Part shown: in pieces, positions 47,073 to 57,368 of the stretch
Position numbering within the stretch: position 1 is the stretch's first letter
Layout: each line of letters opens with the position of its first letter
Source of the DNA: an uncultured Gemmatimonadales bacterium
GTDB taxonomy: Bacteria; Gemmatimonadota; Gemmatimonadetes; Longimicrobiales; RSA9
Length of the DNA stretch: 64,000 bases
Reading direction: 5' to 3'
Assembly: GCA_963741945.1 (NCBI GenBank)
Contig: CAVUKA010000005.1
Span: forward strand, 192,001-256,000
The notes under the pieces: generated by a model
Told to the model about the DNA's origin: nothing
Seen by the model: the letters and a program-made list of their open reading frames with translations, nothing else
Databases searched by the model: none
Position numbers and translations under genes: made by a program

Positions 47073-50000
47073 CTATCTCGTGCCCTGCGGTCGCCCCGGC
47101 GTGTACGGTGCGCCCAGCTGATCGATCCGCACCGCCAGCGACCGGACGTCGCGCGCCACCGCGTCCACGGCGGGCCCGACCTCGGCCATCTGGTCACGGG
47201 CGATCTGCAGCTGATCGCGCTGTGTTCCCGTGGGCGCTGACGTGGATCCGTACGACGAGTACACCGCCGTCTGGACCCGGTCGCTGATCGACGGCGTGGT
47301 CTCGAACTGTCGGGTGGCCACGCTCCGGTCCCCGTCCAGCTGGACCTGCAGCTCCGCGATCCGCTCCTCCAGCGCGCGCGCCTGCTCCAGCACGCTGGTC
47401 GGCACCGTGGTCGAGCGCAGCGTGGCCTGCTTCAGGCTCGCCAGCGTCGTGGCCGCCTCGTCCAGGCGACGCGACGCGCGCATCACCTCGCCCAGCAGCC
47501 CGTCCGCTTCCTGCTGGAACGCCACCAGCGCGGCGCGGTCATCCGTGGCCAGCGTGGCGTTGTTCAGCGGGACCACCTGGAACTCCACCGGGGCCACCAT
47601 CTCCGTTGCCACGCCGTCCACCACCTTGGCCAGCGATACGCGGTAGGTCCCCGGGGCGGCGTACGGCCCGTCACGACCCTCGTCCAGCGGCTTGAAATCG
47701 CCCCGGGCGTCCACCGGCGTGCTCGCCGGATAGCGCAGGTTCCAGGCGATCCGGTGGATCCCCTTCGACGGCTTGGCCGCCATGCGCCGGACGATCTCGC
47801 CCGACGGCTTGGTCACCGTGAACAGGAGGTACGGGTCCTGCTCCCGGTCCTCCGCCCGCATCTCCTCGAAGCTCGGGTACCCCACGTCGCGTCCCGCCTC
47901 CGCGGTCTTCTTCTCCGCTTCGTGCCTCGCCTCTTCCCGCGTCTGGATGTCGTCTTTCAGGTAGTACGTGAACACCGCGCCGAACGGCGGGTTGTCCGCG
48001 CCGTAGTAGCTCTCCCCCTGGAAGCCCTTGCCGCTGTAAGCGAACGGGTCCTTCACGATGTAGAGGAGGGCATCGCGGGTCGGGAAGATGTGCGCGTCCT
48101 GCGACAGCGTGGCCGCGTCCGCGTGGCGCAGCGCCGAGTAGTCGTCCAGGATCCAGAAGCCGCGGCCGAAGGTGGCGAGAACGAGGTCGTTCTCCGGCTC
48201 GTGGATCTTCAGGTCGCGCACGGCGATGGTCGGGATCCCGCCCTTGAGCTGGATCCAGTGCTGTCCGCCGTCGCGGGTGAAGAACACGCCGAACTCGGTG
48301 CCCGCGAAGAGCAGCTGCGGATCCACCGGGTCCTCGGCGAGGGTGTACACCGAGCCGCGCTCGGGCAGGTCGCCCGCGATGGACGTCCAGTGCGCCCCCT
48401 TGTCCGTGCTCTTCAGCAGGTAGGGCTTGAAGTCTCCGTTCTTCTTGTTGTTGAACGCCGCGAACACGGTGCCCGCATCGTGCAGTGAAGCGAGGACCGC
48501 ATCCACGTATGTCCGCTCGGGCACGCCCGGGAACCGGTCGTACCGCGTCCACTGCCCGCCGGCGTCCTCCGTCACCTGGATGAGCCCGTCATCGGTGCCC
48601 ACGTAGAGCAGCCCCTCCTCCACCGGCGATTCCGTCAGCGCCACGGCGTTGCCATAGATCGTGGTGGAGACGTTCTTCGCCACAGCGTCCATCCCCCACA
48701 CCTTGCCCATGACCGGGAGCTTGTTCCGATCGAGCTGCCGGGAGAGGTCCGGGCTGATGGCGCGCCAGCTGTCGCCCCGGTCGTCGCTCCGGTACACCCG
48801 GTTGGCCGCGAAATAGAGCCGGGTGTGCGAGTGGGGGCTGATCAGGAGCGGCGAGTCCCAGTTCCAGCGCAGCGCTTCCCCCTTCTCCGGCTGCGGCTGG
48901 ATGTAGACCCCTTCGCCGCTCTTCCGGTCGTACCGCTGCAGACCGCCGTACTGGCTCTCCGCGTAGACGATGTTCGGGTTCTCCGGGTCCACCTGGCTCT
49001 GGAAGCCGTCGCCGCCCGCGGTCACGAACCAGTCCGCGTTCACGATGCCGGCGCTGGAGATCGTCCGCGATGGACCACCCATGGAGAAGTTGTCCTGCGT
49101 GCCGCCATAGACGTTGTAGAACGGCTTCTCATTGTCCAGGGCCACGTCGTAGAACTGCGTCACCGGGAGGTTCGGCTTGAACTGCCAGCTTGCGCCCCGG
49201 TCGTAGCTCTCGTAGAGGCCGCCGTCGGTGCCCATGAGGTAGTGGTCGGTATCGGCCGGGTCGATCCAGAGCGCGTGGTTGTCCACGTGCTTGTTCTTCT
49301 CGCCCACCCGCTCCCACGTCTTGCCGCCGTCCGTGGTGATCATGGCGTAGGTGTCCATGGCCACCACCAGGTCACGGTCCTTCGGGTCGCAGATCAGCTC
49401 GTTGTAGTAGTTGCCGCTGCCGTTGTAGCTGTCCCGCTTGCTCCACGACGCGCCGCGGTCCGTGGAGCGGTAGACGCCGCCCTGCTCACCGCTGGCCTCG
49501 ACGATGGCATAGATGTAGTCGGGGTCGGCCGGCGAGATGCAGAGCCCGTAGCGCCCCACATCACCGGACGGCAGCCCCTTGGTCAGCTTGCTCCAGCTCG
49601 CCCCGCCGTCGGTGGACCGGTAGAGCGCCGACTCGGGGCCGCCGCCGATGTAGGTCCAGACGTGCCGGCGCCGCTGCCACGCGGCCGCGATGAGCAGGTC
49701 CGGGTCGCGCGGGTCCATGACCAGGTCCGTGACGCCCGTGTTCTCGCTGATGTCGAGCACCTTCGACCAGGTCTTCCCACCGTCTTCGGTCTTGTACAGC
49801 CCGCGCTCACCACCCGCGCTCCAGACCGGGCCCTGCGCGGCGACGTAGACCACGTCCGTGTTGCGCGGGTCGATCACGATCCTGCCGATGTGCTCGCTCG
49901 ACTCCAGCCCGACGCGCTTCCAGCTCTTCCCGCCATCCTCGGACTTGTACACGCCGTCGCCGTAGGAGACGCTGCGCTGCGCGTTGTTCTCCCCCGTTCC

Positions 50001-50318
50001 GACCCACACCACGTGCGCGTTCGACGGGTCGAGCGCCACCACGCCGATGGAGTAGGATCCTTCGCCATCGAACAGCGGCCGATAGCTGATCCCGGCGTCC
50101 GTCGTCTTCCAGACACCGCCCGACGCCGTGGCCACGTAATACTCGGCCGGGTTCGAGGGATTCACTGCCAGGTCGGCGATCCGACCGGACGTCATGGCCG
50201 GTCCGATCTCCCGCAGCGCCAGGCCGCGATATGTCGATGCGCTGGTCTCCTGTGCCGCCGCGGGCATTGCCGCCGGCAGCAGGAGTGTCAGCGCCAGGAG
50301 GGAGCGTGCGATCCTCAT
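47073..50318 (-). CDS. Exported VPS10/BNR (Asp-box) beta-propeller protein, glycosyl-hydrolase-like
   Basis: Signal peptide, IGPAMTSGRI, many S/TxDxGxxW repeats, C-terminal coiled coil. Confidence 0.88.
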   Translation of the reverse strand: MRIARSLLALTLLLPAAMPAAAQETSASTYRGLALREIGPAMTSGRIADLAVNPSNPAEYYVATASGGVWKTTDAGISYRPLFDGEGSYSIGVVALDPSNAHVVWVGTGENNAQRSVSYGDGVYKSEDGGKSWKRVGLESSEHIGRIVIDPRNTDVVYVAAQGPVWSAGGERGLYKTEDGGKTWSKVLDISENTGVTDLVMDPRDPDLLIAAAWQRRRHVWTYIGGGPESALYRSTDGGASWSKLTKGLPSGDVGRYGLCISPADPDYIYAIVEASGEQGGVYRSTDRGASWSKRDSYNGSGNYYNELICDPKDRDLVVAMDTYAMITTDGGKTWERVGEKNKHVDNHALWIDPADTDHYLMGTDGGLYESYDRGASWQFKPNLPVTQFYDVALDNEKPFYNVYGGTQDNFSMGGPSRTISSAGIVNADWFVTAGGDGFQSQVDPENPNIVYAESQYGGLQRYDRKSGEGVYIQPQPEKGEALRWNWDSPLLISPHSHTRLYFAANRVYRSDDRGDSWRAISPDLSRQLDRNKLPVMGKVWGMDAVAKNVSTTIYGNAVALTESPVEEGLLYVGTDDGLIQVTEDAGGQWTRYDRFPGVPERTYVDAVLASLHDAGTVFAAFNNKKNGDFKPYLLKSTDKGAHWTSIAGDLPERGSVYTLAEDPVDPQLLFAGTEFGVFFTRDGGQHWIQLKGGIPTIAVRDLKIHEPENDLVLATFGRGFWILDDYSALRHADAATLSQDAHIFPTRDALLYIVKDPFAYSGKGFQGESYYGADNPPFGAVFTYYLKDDIQTREEARHEAEKKTAEAGRDVGYPSFEEMRAEDREQDPYLLFTVTKPSGEIVRRMAAKPSKGIHRIAWNLRYPASTPVDARGDFKPLDEGRDGPYAAPGTYRVSLAKVVDGVATEMVAPVEFQVVPLNNATLATDDRAALVAFQQEADGLLGEVMRASRRLDEAATTLASLKQATLRSTTVPTSVLEQARALEERIAELQVQLDGDRSVATRQFETTPSISDRVQTAVYSSYGSTSAPTGTQRDQLQIARDQMAEVGPAVDAVARDVRSLAVRIDQLGAPYTPGRPQGTR

Positions 50319-50484
50319 GGTTCCTATCCCGTCTTCGGGGTTCGAATTCGTGGCATCTGCCGTACGGGGGGGCCGGGGCGAAAGGTCGCGCGCCGGCAGT
50401 CACCGCGCCAGAGGTAGTCGGTGGTCGATCCGGGGCGCTCCCCGCGCCTTCCGGCGGTCCGGTGGTTCTGTTATCCTCCGCGCC

Positions 50485-51882
50485 ATGCGCACGCCCGTCC
50501 TGCTGCCCGCCCGCGAGTTCGCCTCGCTCATCCGCCTGGCGGTGCCCATCGTCACCGTCCAGGTGGGGCTCATGATGATGGGTGTGGTCGACACCATGAT
50601 GGTCGGCCGCGTCTCCGGAACGGCGCTCGCCGCCGTCGCCCTCGGCAACCTCTACTTCTTCGGCGTGGCGGTATTCGGGATGGGCGTGCTGTTCGCCCTC
50701 GATCCGGTGATCTCCCAGGCGGTGGGCGCCCGCGATGAGCCTGCCATCGCACGCGGGCTCCAGCGGGGGCTCGTGCTCGCCATCCTGCTCGCCCTCCTGT
50801 CCCTGGTCCCGCTGGCGCTGGCGCGCCCGGTGATGGTCCTGCTGCGCCAGCCCGAAGACGTGATCCCGCTGGCGACCGGCTATGTCGGCGCGGCCACTCC
50901 GGGCATCGTCGCCTTCTTCGGCTTCGTCGTGTTGCGGCAGACGCTCCAGTCCATGGACCGGGTGCGTCCGGTGGTCATCGCCATCGTGATGTCGAACCTG
51001 GTGAACGTGGCCCTGAACTGGACACTCGTCTTCGGCCATTTCGGGCTTCCCGCGCTCGGACCCGTCGGGACCGGGTGGGCGTCCACGATCAGCCGCTGGA
51101 CCATGTTTCTCGGGCTCGCCGCCCTCGCCTTCACCCGCCTCGGTCCGTATCTGAAGTCCGGCGGCCGGGAGATGCTGCGCCTGCGACCCCTCCTCCACAT
51201 GCTCCGGCTGGGCGCGCCGGTGGGCGCCCAGATGCAGCTCGAGGTGGGCGCGTTCGGAGCGGTGGCGCTCCTCATGGGGTGGCTCGGCACCGCGCAGATG
51301 GCCGGCCACCAGGTGGCCATCAATCTCGCTTCCCTCACGTTCATGGTCCCCCTCGGCATCGGGCAGGCGGGCTCCGTGCGCGTTGGACAGGCCGTGGGCC
51401 GGGGCGACAGCGCCGCTGCCCGCAACGCCGTCAAAGCCGCGCTCCTTGGCGGCGTGGCGTTCATGAGCTGCACCGCCGTGCTCTTCCTCACGTCGCCGGC
51501 CCTGCTCACGAACCTCTATACCGATGACCCGGCGGTCACTGCCGTGGCCCTCACCCTGATCCCGATCGCCGGCTTCTTCCAGGTCTTCGATGGGCTGCAG
51601 GTGGTGAGCGCCGGCGTGCTGCGGGGCGTGGGCGACACGACGGCGCCGTTCCTGGCCAATCTGGTCTCCTTCTGGATGCTCGGCCTCCCTGTCGGCGTGT
51701 ACCTGGCCTTCGCCACCAGCGCCGGGCCGAAGGGGCTCTGGTGGGGGCTCACACTGGGGCTCGCAGGCGTGGCCGTGTTCCTCGTGGCCCGGGTGCGCGT
51801 GCGGATGCGGCGCGAGCTGAGCCGACTCGTGATCGACCAGGACAGCGCGCCCCGCCGGCGCGTGGCCCCGGACGCCGCCTGA
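50485..51882 (+). CDS. MATE family efflux transporter (NorM-like)
   Basis: VVDTMMVGR, QAVGA, AGHQVAIN, FQVFDGLQ, LRGVGDT. Confidence 0.92.
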   Translation: MRTPVLLPAREFASLIRLAVPIVTVQVGLMMMGVVDTMMVGRVSGTALAAVALGNLYFFGVAVFGMGVLFALDPVISQAVGARDEPAIARGLQRGLVLAILLALLSLVPLALARPVMVLLRQPEDVIPLATGYVGAATPGIVAFFGFVVLRQTLQSMDRVRPVVIAIVMSNLVNVALNWTLVFGHFGLPALGPVGTGWASTISRWTMFLGLAALAFTRLGPYLKSGGREMLRLRPLLHMLRLGAPVGAQMQLEVGAFGAVALLMGWLGTAQMAGHQVAINLASLTFMVPLGIGQAGSVRVGQAVGRGDSAAARNAVKAALLGGVAFMSCTAVLFLTSPALLTNLYTDDPAVTAVALTLIPIAGFFQVFDGLQVVSAGVLRGVGDTTAPFLANLVSFWMLGLPVGVYLAFATSAGPKGLWWGLTLGLAGVAVFLVARVRVRMRRELSRLVIDQDSAPRRRVAPDAA

Positions 51883-52024
51883 CCGGCAGCGGACGGGGCT
51901 CGGCCGGGTCGAACCAGAGAGCGGGCACGCCCCCGACGCCGTGCTCGTGACCGTGCCCACGCGACCACGCCGCGGGTGATGGCGGGCTCTCCCGCCAGCG
52001 GTCCGCGCGCCCTACGTTCCGGCC

Positions 52025-52780
52025 ATGTTTCCGCTCTACGACGACAACCCGACCGACAGCTTCCCCTTCATCACGATCGCGCTCATCGCGATCAACGTCC
52101 TGGTGTGGGTGACGATCCAGGGTGCGGGATTCGACGCGACGGCCCTCCGGGACTCCGTATGCGCGTTCGGGGCCGTTCCCGCGGAGATCACCGGTGGCTT
52201 CTCACCGCTGCCGCATGGCATGCACGTCCTCCGCTGCCCGCCGGGCGGCCTGCGCTGGGGCACCGTGTTCACCAGCATGTTCCTGCACGGCGGATGGCTG
52301 CACCTGCTGGGCAACATGTGGTTCCTGTGGATTTTCGGGAACAACATCGAGGACAGCACGGGGCACGTGAGATTCCTGCTCTTCTACCTGATCACGGGGA
52401 CCATCGCGTCGATCGCCCACATCTACAGCAGCCCCGGCTCGCCGATCCCGACGGTGGGCGCATCAGGGGCGATCAGCGGCGTGATGGGCGCGTATCTCCT
52501 GCTCTACCCGCGCGTGCGGATCCACACACTCTTCATCATCATCATCTTCATCCGGGTGATACCGATCCCCGCCTGGCTCGTTCTGGGTGAGTGGTTCGCC
52601 ATCCAGGTGCTGGCGGGGACGGCGGCCGCCTCCGCCACGGCGGGCGTGGCCTTCTTCGCCCACATCGGCGGGTTCGTCGCGGGGGTGGCGCTGATCAAGG
52701 CATTCGAGAATCGGGGCCGCGTGGCCGCGAAGCGGTCGCGGACGCGCCTGCGGCCCCGTGAGGCCGAAGCCGGCTGGTGA
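52025..52780 (+). CDS. Rhomboid family intramembrane serine protease
   Basis: SMFLHGGWLHLLGNM, GASGA, AHIGGF. Confidence 0.93.
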   Translation: MFPLYDDNPTDSFPFITIALIAINVLVWVTIQGAGFDATALRDSVCAFGAVPAEITGGFSPLPHGMHVLRCPPGGLRWGTVFTSMFLHGGWLHLLGNMWFLWIFGNNIEDSTGHVRFLLFYLITGTIASIAHIYSSPGSPIPTVGASGAISGVMGAYLLLYPRVRIHTLFIIIIFIRVIPIPAWLVLGEWFAIQVLAGTAAASATAGVAFFAHIGGFVAGVALIKAFENRGRVAAKRSRTRLRPREAEAGW

Positions 52781-52793
52781 ACGGACGGGCCGT

Positions 52794-54581
52794 CTAGAAC
52801 CCCACGGCGGCAGCGTCGGGGTCACGGGGGTCCGGGGCGCCCAGCCGCGCGCCGTCGGGCGCGATCTCGATGGCATGCACCGTTCCCTGCGTCCCGCCGA
52901 CTTCCAGTGAGTAGCCGCGTGCCTCGAGCTCGGCCAGGACGGTGTCGCCCCATGGCGCCCATTCCATCTGGATCCTGTCGGGCAGCCACTGCTCGTGGAT
53001 CCGCGGCGCCTCCACCGCGTCGAGCACGCCCATGCGGAAATCGACCAGGTTCAGCACCACCTGGAGCACCGAGTTGATGATGGTGCGGCCGCCCGGCGTC
53101 CCTACCACTGCGAAGAGGCTCCCGTCCGGACGCGTCAGGATGGTGGGCGCCATGCTGGACAGCATGCGCTTTCCGGGCGCGGCCAGGTTCGGCCGGGTCC
53201 CGATGAGCCCCGTGCGCGTGGTGAGGCCGGGCGCGCCGTTGAAGTCTCCCATCTCGTTGTTCAGGAGGAACCCGGCGCCCGGAACAACGATGCGGGAGCC
53301 GTAGCTGTACTCCAGCGTGTAGGTGGTGGACACCGCCATGCCGTCCCCATCCACCACGGAGTAGTGCGTCGTCTCCTTGCTCTCCCGATCCTCGACGACA
53401 TCCGCCACGGCCGACTCCGAAGCCGCGTACCCGTCGATCCCCGCGCGCTGCTCCTCCGCGTACGCCTTGCTCGTCAGCCGCTCCAGCGGCATGTCCGTGA
53501 AGTCGGGGTCACCCAGATAGCGTGCCCGATCGCGGTACCCGCGGCGCATGGACTCCGCCAGGTAGTGGAGGTAGGCAGGCCCGTTGTGGGGGAGGGCCGC
53601 CAGGTCGTAGCCCTCCAGGATGTTCAGCATCTCGACGAGCGCCACGCCGCCACTGGACGGAGGCGGCATCCCGATGACGCCGTAGCCCCGGTACGTCCCC
53701 ATCACGGGGCGTCGCTCGACGGGGCGGTAGTCGGCGAGGTCCTCCATGGTGATCAGGCCGCCGCCCCGCTCCATCTCCACGGCGATCAGCCTCGCGGTCT
53801 CCCCGCGATAGAAGCCGGCCGCCCCATGTTCCCTGATTCGCTCCAGCGTGCGGGCCAGCTCCGGCTGCCGCAGTACCTGACCGGGCTCGTAGGGGCGTCC
53901 TCCATTGGAATACGCGGCCATGCTGGCCGGGTACTTCGCCATTTCCGGCAGCACGGCCGCCAGTGACCTCGCCAGCCCGGGCGTCACTTCGAACCCGTCG
54001 CGCGCCAGCCGGATCGCCGGCTCCACGAGCCGCGCCCAGGGGAGCCGCCCATAAAGGCCGTGCACGTAGGCGAAGCCGGCCACCGTGCCGGGCACACCCA
54101 CCGCACGGTAGCTCATGTGGTGAAGCGCGCGGTCGTATTCCCCCGCCGAGTCCAGCCACATCCCCGCCGTGGCCGCCGCCGGGGCGCGCTCCCGGAAGTC
54201 CACCGTCGTGGCCCGGCCATCCGGGAGCCGAAGCACCATGAAGCCGCCGCCCCCGATGTTCCCCGCCCTCGGGTAGACAACCGCCAGCGCGAGCCCGGTC
54301 GCCACTGCCGCATCCACGGCGTTGCCGCCCTCACGCAGGATCTCCGCACCCACTTCGCCGGCCAGGACATGGGCCGACACCACCATCCCGGAGTCGGCCC
54401 GTGCAGGCGACGAGGCGGGCGCCCGCACTTCGGCCGCGAAAGGCGCCGGGCGTACCGCCGCCGACCGGGCAGCATCCGCCGTCGACGGACGCGACGGGGG
54501 CGACGCCGTCGGCGCGCACGCCGCAGAGAGGCCCGCAAGGAAGAGGGCGACGGACCGCGCCGTCGCGCGAAATGGCTTCAT
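52794..54581 (-). CDS. ggt: Gamma-glutamyltransferase (lipoprotein)
   Basis: GGNAVDAAVA, GNIGGGGF, DFRERAP, ETTHYSVVD, LNNEMGDF, SSMAP, GTPGG. Confidence 0.94.
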   Translation of the reverse strand: MKPFRATARSVALFLAGLSAACAPTASPPSRPSTADAARSAAVRPAPFAAEVRAPASSPARADSGMVVSAHVLAGEVGAEILREGGNAVDAAVATGLALAVVYPRAGNIGGGGFMVLRLPDGRATTVDFRERAPAAATAGMWLDSAGEYDRALHHMSYRAVGVPGTVAGFAYVHGLYGRLPWARLVEPAIRLARDGFEVTPGLARSLAAVLPEMAKYPASMAAYSNGGRPYEPGQVLRQPELARTLERIREHGAAGFYRGETARLIAVEMERGGGLITMEDLADYRPVERRPVMGTYRGYGVIGMPPPSSGGVALVEMLNILEGYDLAALPHNGPAYLHYLAESMRRGYRDRARYLGDPDFTDMPLERLTSKAYAEEQRAGIDGYAASESAVADVVEDRESKETTHYSVVDGDGMAVSTTYTLEYSYGSRIVVPGAGFLLNNEMGDFNGAPGLTTRTGLIGTRPNLAAPGKRMLSSMAPTILTRPDGSLFAVVGTPGGRTIINSVLQVVLNLVDFRMGVLDAVEAPRIHEQWLPDRIQMEWAPWGDTVLAELEARGYSLEVGGTQGTVHAIEIAPDGARLGAPDPRDPDAAAVGF

Positions 54582-54659
54582 GGCATCCTCACACCCGCTG
54601 CATGATCACGTCGATCCCGGCACCAGCGCGTCCCGCTGCTCCAGCGCACCGGCGCGCGG

Positions 54660-55037
54660 TCAGTCCCGCTTCATGGTCACATCGATGGCACCGTACACGT
54701 TCCCCACGCCGAACCGGTACTGCGCCTGGGCGGCAGAGTAGTAGTGGACTTCCTCGACGTTCATGGGCGTGATCCGGGAGAGCACATCGGGTCCGCCGGC
54801 ACGGGTGCCGTTGACGTAGATGACGATCTCCGGCTCGTGCGTGAAGCTCGTGCTGCCGCGGTACCGCAGCCAGTGCGGCCGGACGGACTGGACGAAGTCG
54901 AGGAGATTGGTCTGGCTGGCGTCGGCGAGCTCCGCTTCCGTGATGACGTCTGAGCCGCCGCGTGTCCCCGTCCCGGCGGAGGCGCAAGCGCTCAACGACC
55001 CGACCAGCAGAAGGACGAGCGCGGCACGGATGATCAT
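54660..55037 (-). CDS. Small lipoprotein resembling a stand-alone TonB-receptor plug domain
   Basis: LSAC lipobox; VITEAEL, IYVNG, VEEVHY, AQYRFG, GAIDVT. Confidence 0.65.
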   Translation of the reverse strand: MIIRAALVLLLVGSLSACASAGTGTRGGSDVITEAELADASQTNLLDFVQSVRPHWLRYRGSTSFTHEPEIVIYVNGTRAGGPDVLSRITPMNVEEVHYYSAAQAQYRFGVGNVYGAIDVTMKRD

Positions 55038-55039
55038 GG

Positions 55040-55819
55040 TCAGTCTCCTGTGTCCCGGTCCACCACGTATGCGTTCCTCTGCGCAGTCGGCAGCAGAACC
55101 ATGCGCAGCACGTTGGCGTGCGGAGGGAGGTTGGCGGCGTAGAACACGGCATCCGCCACGTCGTCGCCCCTGAGCGGCTGGAAACCCTGGTAGACGCCGG
55201 CCGCCCGCGCCTCGTCCCCGTGGAAGCGGACCGTGGAGAATTCCGTCTCCACGAAGCCCGGGTCCACGCTGGACACGCGCAACGGGGTCCCGGAGAGGTC
55301 GAGGTTGATGGCTTCCGTCAGGGCGGTCACACCGAACTTGCTGGCGTTGTAGACGTTCCCGCGCGGATACACCTGATGCCCCGCGGTGCTGCCGATGTTG
55401 ATGACGTGGCCCCGTCCGGCCTCGATCATCGCCGGCAGCAGGAGCCGCGTCACGTTCAGCAGCCCCTTGACGTTCGTGTCGATCATCCGGTCCCAGTCAT
55501 CGAAGCTCCCTTCCTGGATCCGGTCGAGCCCGGCGGCGAGCCCCGCGTTGTTCACCAGCACGTGGGGCGGCCCCGCCGCTTCGAGCAGCGCGTCCACGGC
55601 GGCACGGACGGACTCGCGATCCCGGACGTCCACCGCCGCGGTGTGAACGGCCACACCGTGCTCCCGGGCCAGCTCTTCGGCCAGGCGGTCGAGCCGCTCC
55701 GCTCGCCGGGCCCACAGTGCCACGTCTGCGCCCTCCGCCGCGAACCGGCGGGCGCACGCTTCTCCGATGCCTGAGCTCGCGCCCGTGATGAGCACGAGCT
55801 TCCCCTGGATTCTGTTCAT
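55040..55819 (-). CDS. SDR family NADP-dependent oxidoreductase (YdfG-like)
   Basis: TGASSGIG, NNAG, GSTAG, YNASK, PGFVETEFS. Confidence 0.92.
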   Translation of the reverse strand: MNRIQGKLVLITGASSGIGEACARRFAAEGADVALWARRAERLDRLAEELAREHGVAVHTAAVDVRDRESVRAAVDALLEAAGPPHVLVNNAGLAAGLDRIQEGSFDDWDRMIDTNVKGLLNVTRLLLPAMIEAGRGHVINIGSTAGHQVYPRGNVYNASKFGVTALTEAINLDLSGTPLRVSSVDPGFVETEFSTVRFHGDEARAAGVYQGFQPLRGDDVADAVFYAANLPPHANVLRMVLLPTAQRNAYVVDRDTGD

Positions 55820-55860
55820 GGCATGAAGGTCCGGCGCCGTCAGGAGCCTGTCAACTCCCG

Positions 55861-56763
55861 TCAACGATGGACGGTCGGTGACTCCTCGATCCCGGTATCT
55901 TCACGCCGGCAGTCGCGCAGGGGGAGCGCGCGCCGGGGATCGCGGGCCCGCGCCTCGATCCGCGCCACCACGCTGTCGCGCATGGCCACGAACCGGCGGG
56001 CGAGCCGGGGCTCGAGGAGGCCGGCCACGGCGGCCTCCAGGGAGTCGTCCGGCAGGGTGCGGTACCGGTCGAACGGGGGCCCCAGCGCGCCCGGGCGCTC
56101 GATGGAGTCCACTTCCGTCTCCCAGCACGACATCGGCTGTCTCGCGGGCGAGTAGTCGAACGCCCGGTTGTGGTCGATGGCCACGGCGTGTCCGCCCGGG
56201 GCCACGAGCCAGTTGCCGCCATGGCGGTCACTGTTCCCGATCGCCGCATCGAAGAACCGCAGCAGGTCCGGCTTCCGCTCCCCTCGCTCCGCCGGCGTCG
56301 TCGCGCCGCGAATGAAGTACATGGCCGAGCCAGCCATGGTGTCGCCGCCCGCCACGATGCGCTGCAGCACGGTCATGGGGGTGAGATCGATTCCGAGCAG
56401 CCGATCCACGCGATAGGCGGCCACTTCCCGGTTCGCGCCGCAGGGGCGGCAGAAGATGTCCGAGCCATCCACTTTGAAGATCGACTCGACACCTCCCGGA
56501 TGGGTGAGCCGGAACGTATAGGAAACGCCCTGGCTGTCGAGGGAGAGCGGGTTCGCGCGCTCGGGCGGGGCCACCAGCAGCGCCCGGAGCGCCCGCAGGA
56601 TGGAGTCGGCGCGCACGGTGTCGCCCGCGGCGCGGGCAGCCCAGGCCGCCTCCTGGTAGCGCCCGGCGGCGAGCAGCGAGTCGGCGCTGGCGACGCGCTG
56701 CGCGGATGCGGGGAGAGGGAGAGCGGCCCCGAGGACCAGCAGCGTAGCTGCACGCAGGTACAT
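55861..56763 (-). CDS. Signal-peptide-bearing atypical kinase (PI3K/PI4K/Fam20-like)
   Basis: Signal peptide (ASA-Q); IFK, REVAAYRVDRLLG, FDAAIGNSDRHGGNWL, IDHNRAF. Start could be further upstream (56799 or 56844). Confidence 0.78.
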   Translation of the reverse strand: MYLRAATLLVLGAALPLPASAQRVASADSLLAAGRYQEAAWAARAAGDTVRADSILRALRALLVAPPERANPLSLDSQGVSYTFRLTHPGGVESIFKVDGSDIFCRPCGANREVAAYRVDRLLGIDLTPMTVLQRIVAGGDTMAGSAMYFIRGATTPAERGERKPDLLRFFDAAIGNSDRHGGNWLVAPGGHAVAIDHNRAFDYSPARQPMSCWETEVDSIERPGALGPPFDRYRTLPDDSLEAAVAGLLEPRLARRFVAMRDSVVARIEARARDPRRALPLRDCRREDTGIEESPTVHR

Positions 56764-56883
56764 GGCCAGTCGATCTCCCGGGGAAATGGACGCCCGCATT
56801 CCGAGGCCACCATCGGAATGGCGCACTTCAACATGCGTCATCATCGGCTCCCGGTCGAGCGACCGCCCGCGGGCAGCGCGCCG

Positions 56884-57306
56884 TTACGGACCCGTGTAGC
56901 AGCCGGGCTCTTCCCGCACCACCCTCCTGCCGCTCACCCGGCCCGACTGCACGCAGGACAGCCCCACGGGATGTCGGGCCACTGCCTCCCAGCTGTCCGC
57001 GTCTCCCGTCACGACCAGATCGACGCTGTCCGCGGGCTCCAGTCTCAGCGCACTCAGCTCACCGGTGAACCTCCCGGTCGTGGCGTGATACGCTTCTTCG
57101 GCTCCGGCCACGCGCTGCAGGGTTCCCAGCACCTTGCCATGGGGAGTCTCATCCCCGTAGCCACTCCCGAACAGCACGCTGGCGGCTGCGCTCACCGCAA
57201 CCACACCCACCACCATCAGGATCAGCAGGCTCGCCGGACTCTTCCGTGCGGCCCTGCCCATGGCCCCGTTCCCGTGCCGGCGCTCCGGCTCCCAACGATC
57301 TGACAC
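56884..57306 (-). CDS. Membrane-anchored hypothetical protein with a pilin-like globular region
   Basis: TM followed by LQRVAGAEEAYHATTGRF and two C-terminal Cys; no prepilin GFxxxE motif. Confidence 0.6.
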   Translation of the reverse strand: MSDRWEPERRHGNGAMGRAARKSPASLLILMVVGVVAVSAAASVLFGSGYGDETPHGKVLGTLQRVAGAEEAYHATTGRFTGELSALRLEPADSVDLVVTGDADSWEAVARHPVGLSCVQSGRVSGRRVVREEPGCYTGP

Positions 57307-57368
57307 TGCTCCCTCCTTCGCGCGGTCTCCGGCTTCAACCCCTCTTCAAGACTCGCGCCGGTGGGGAG

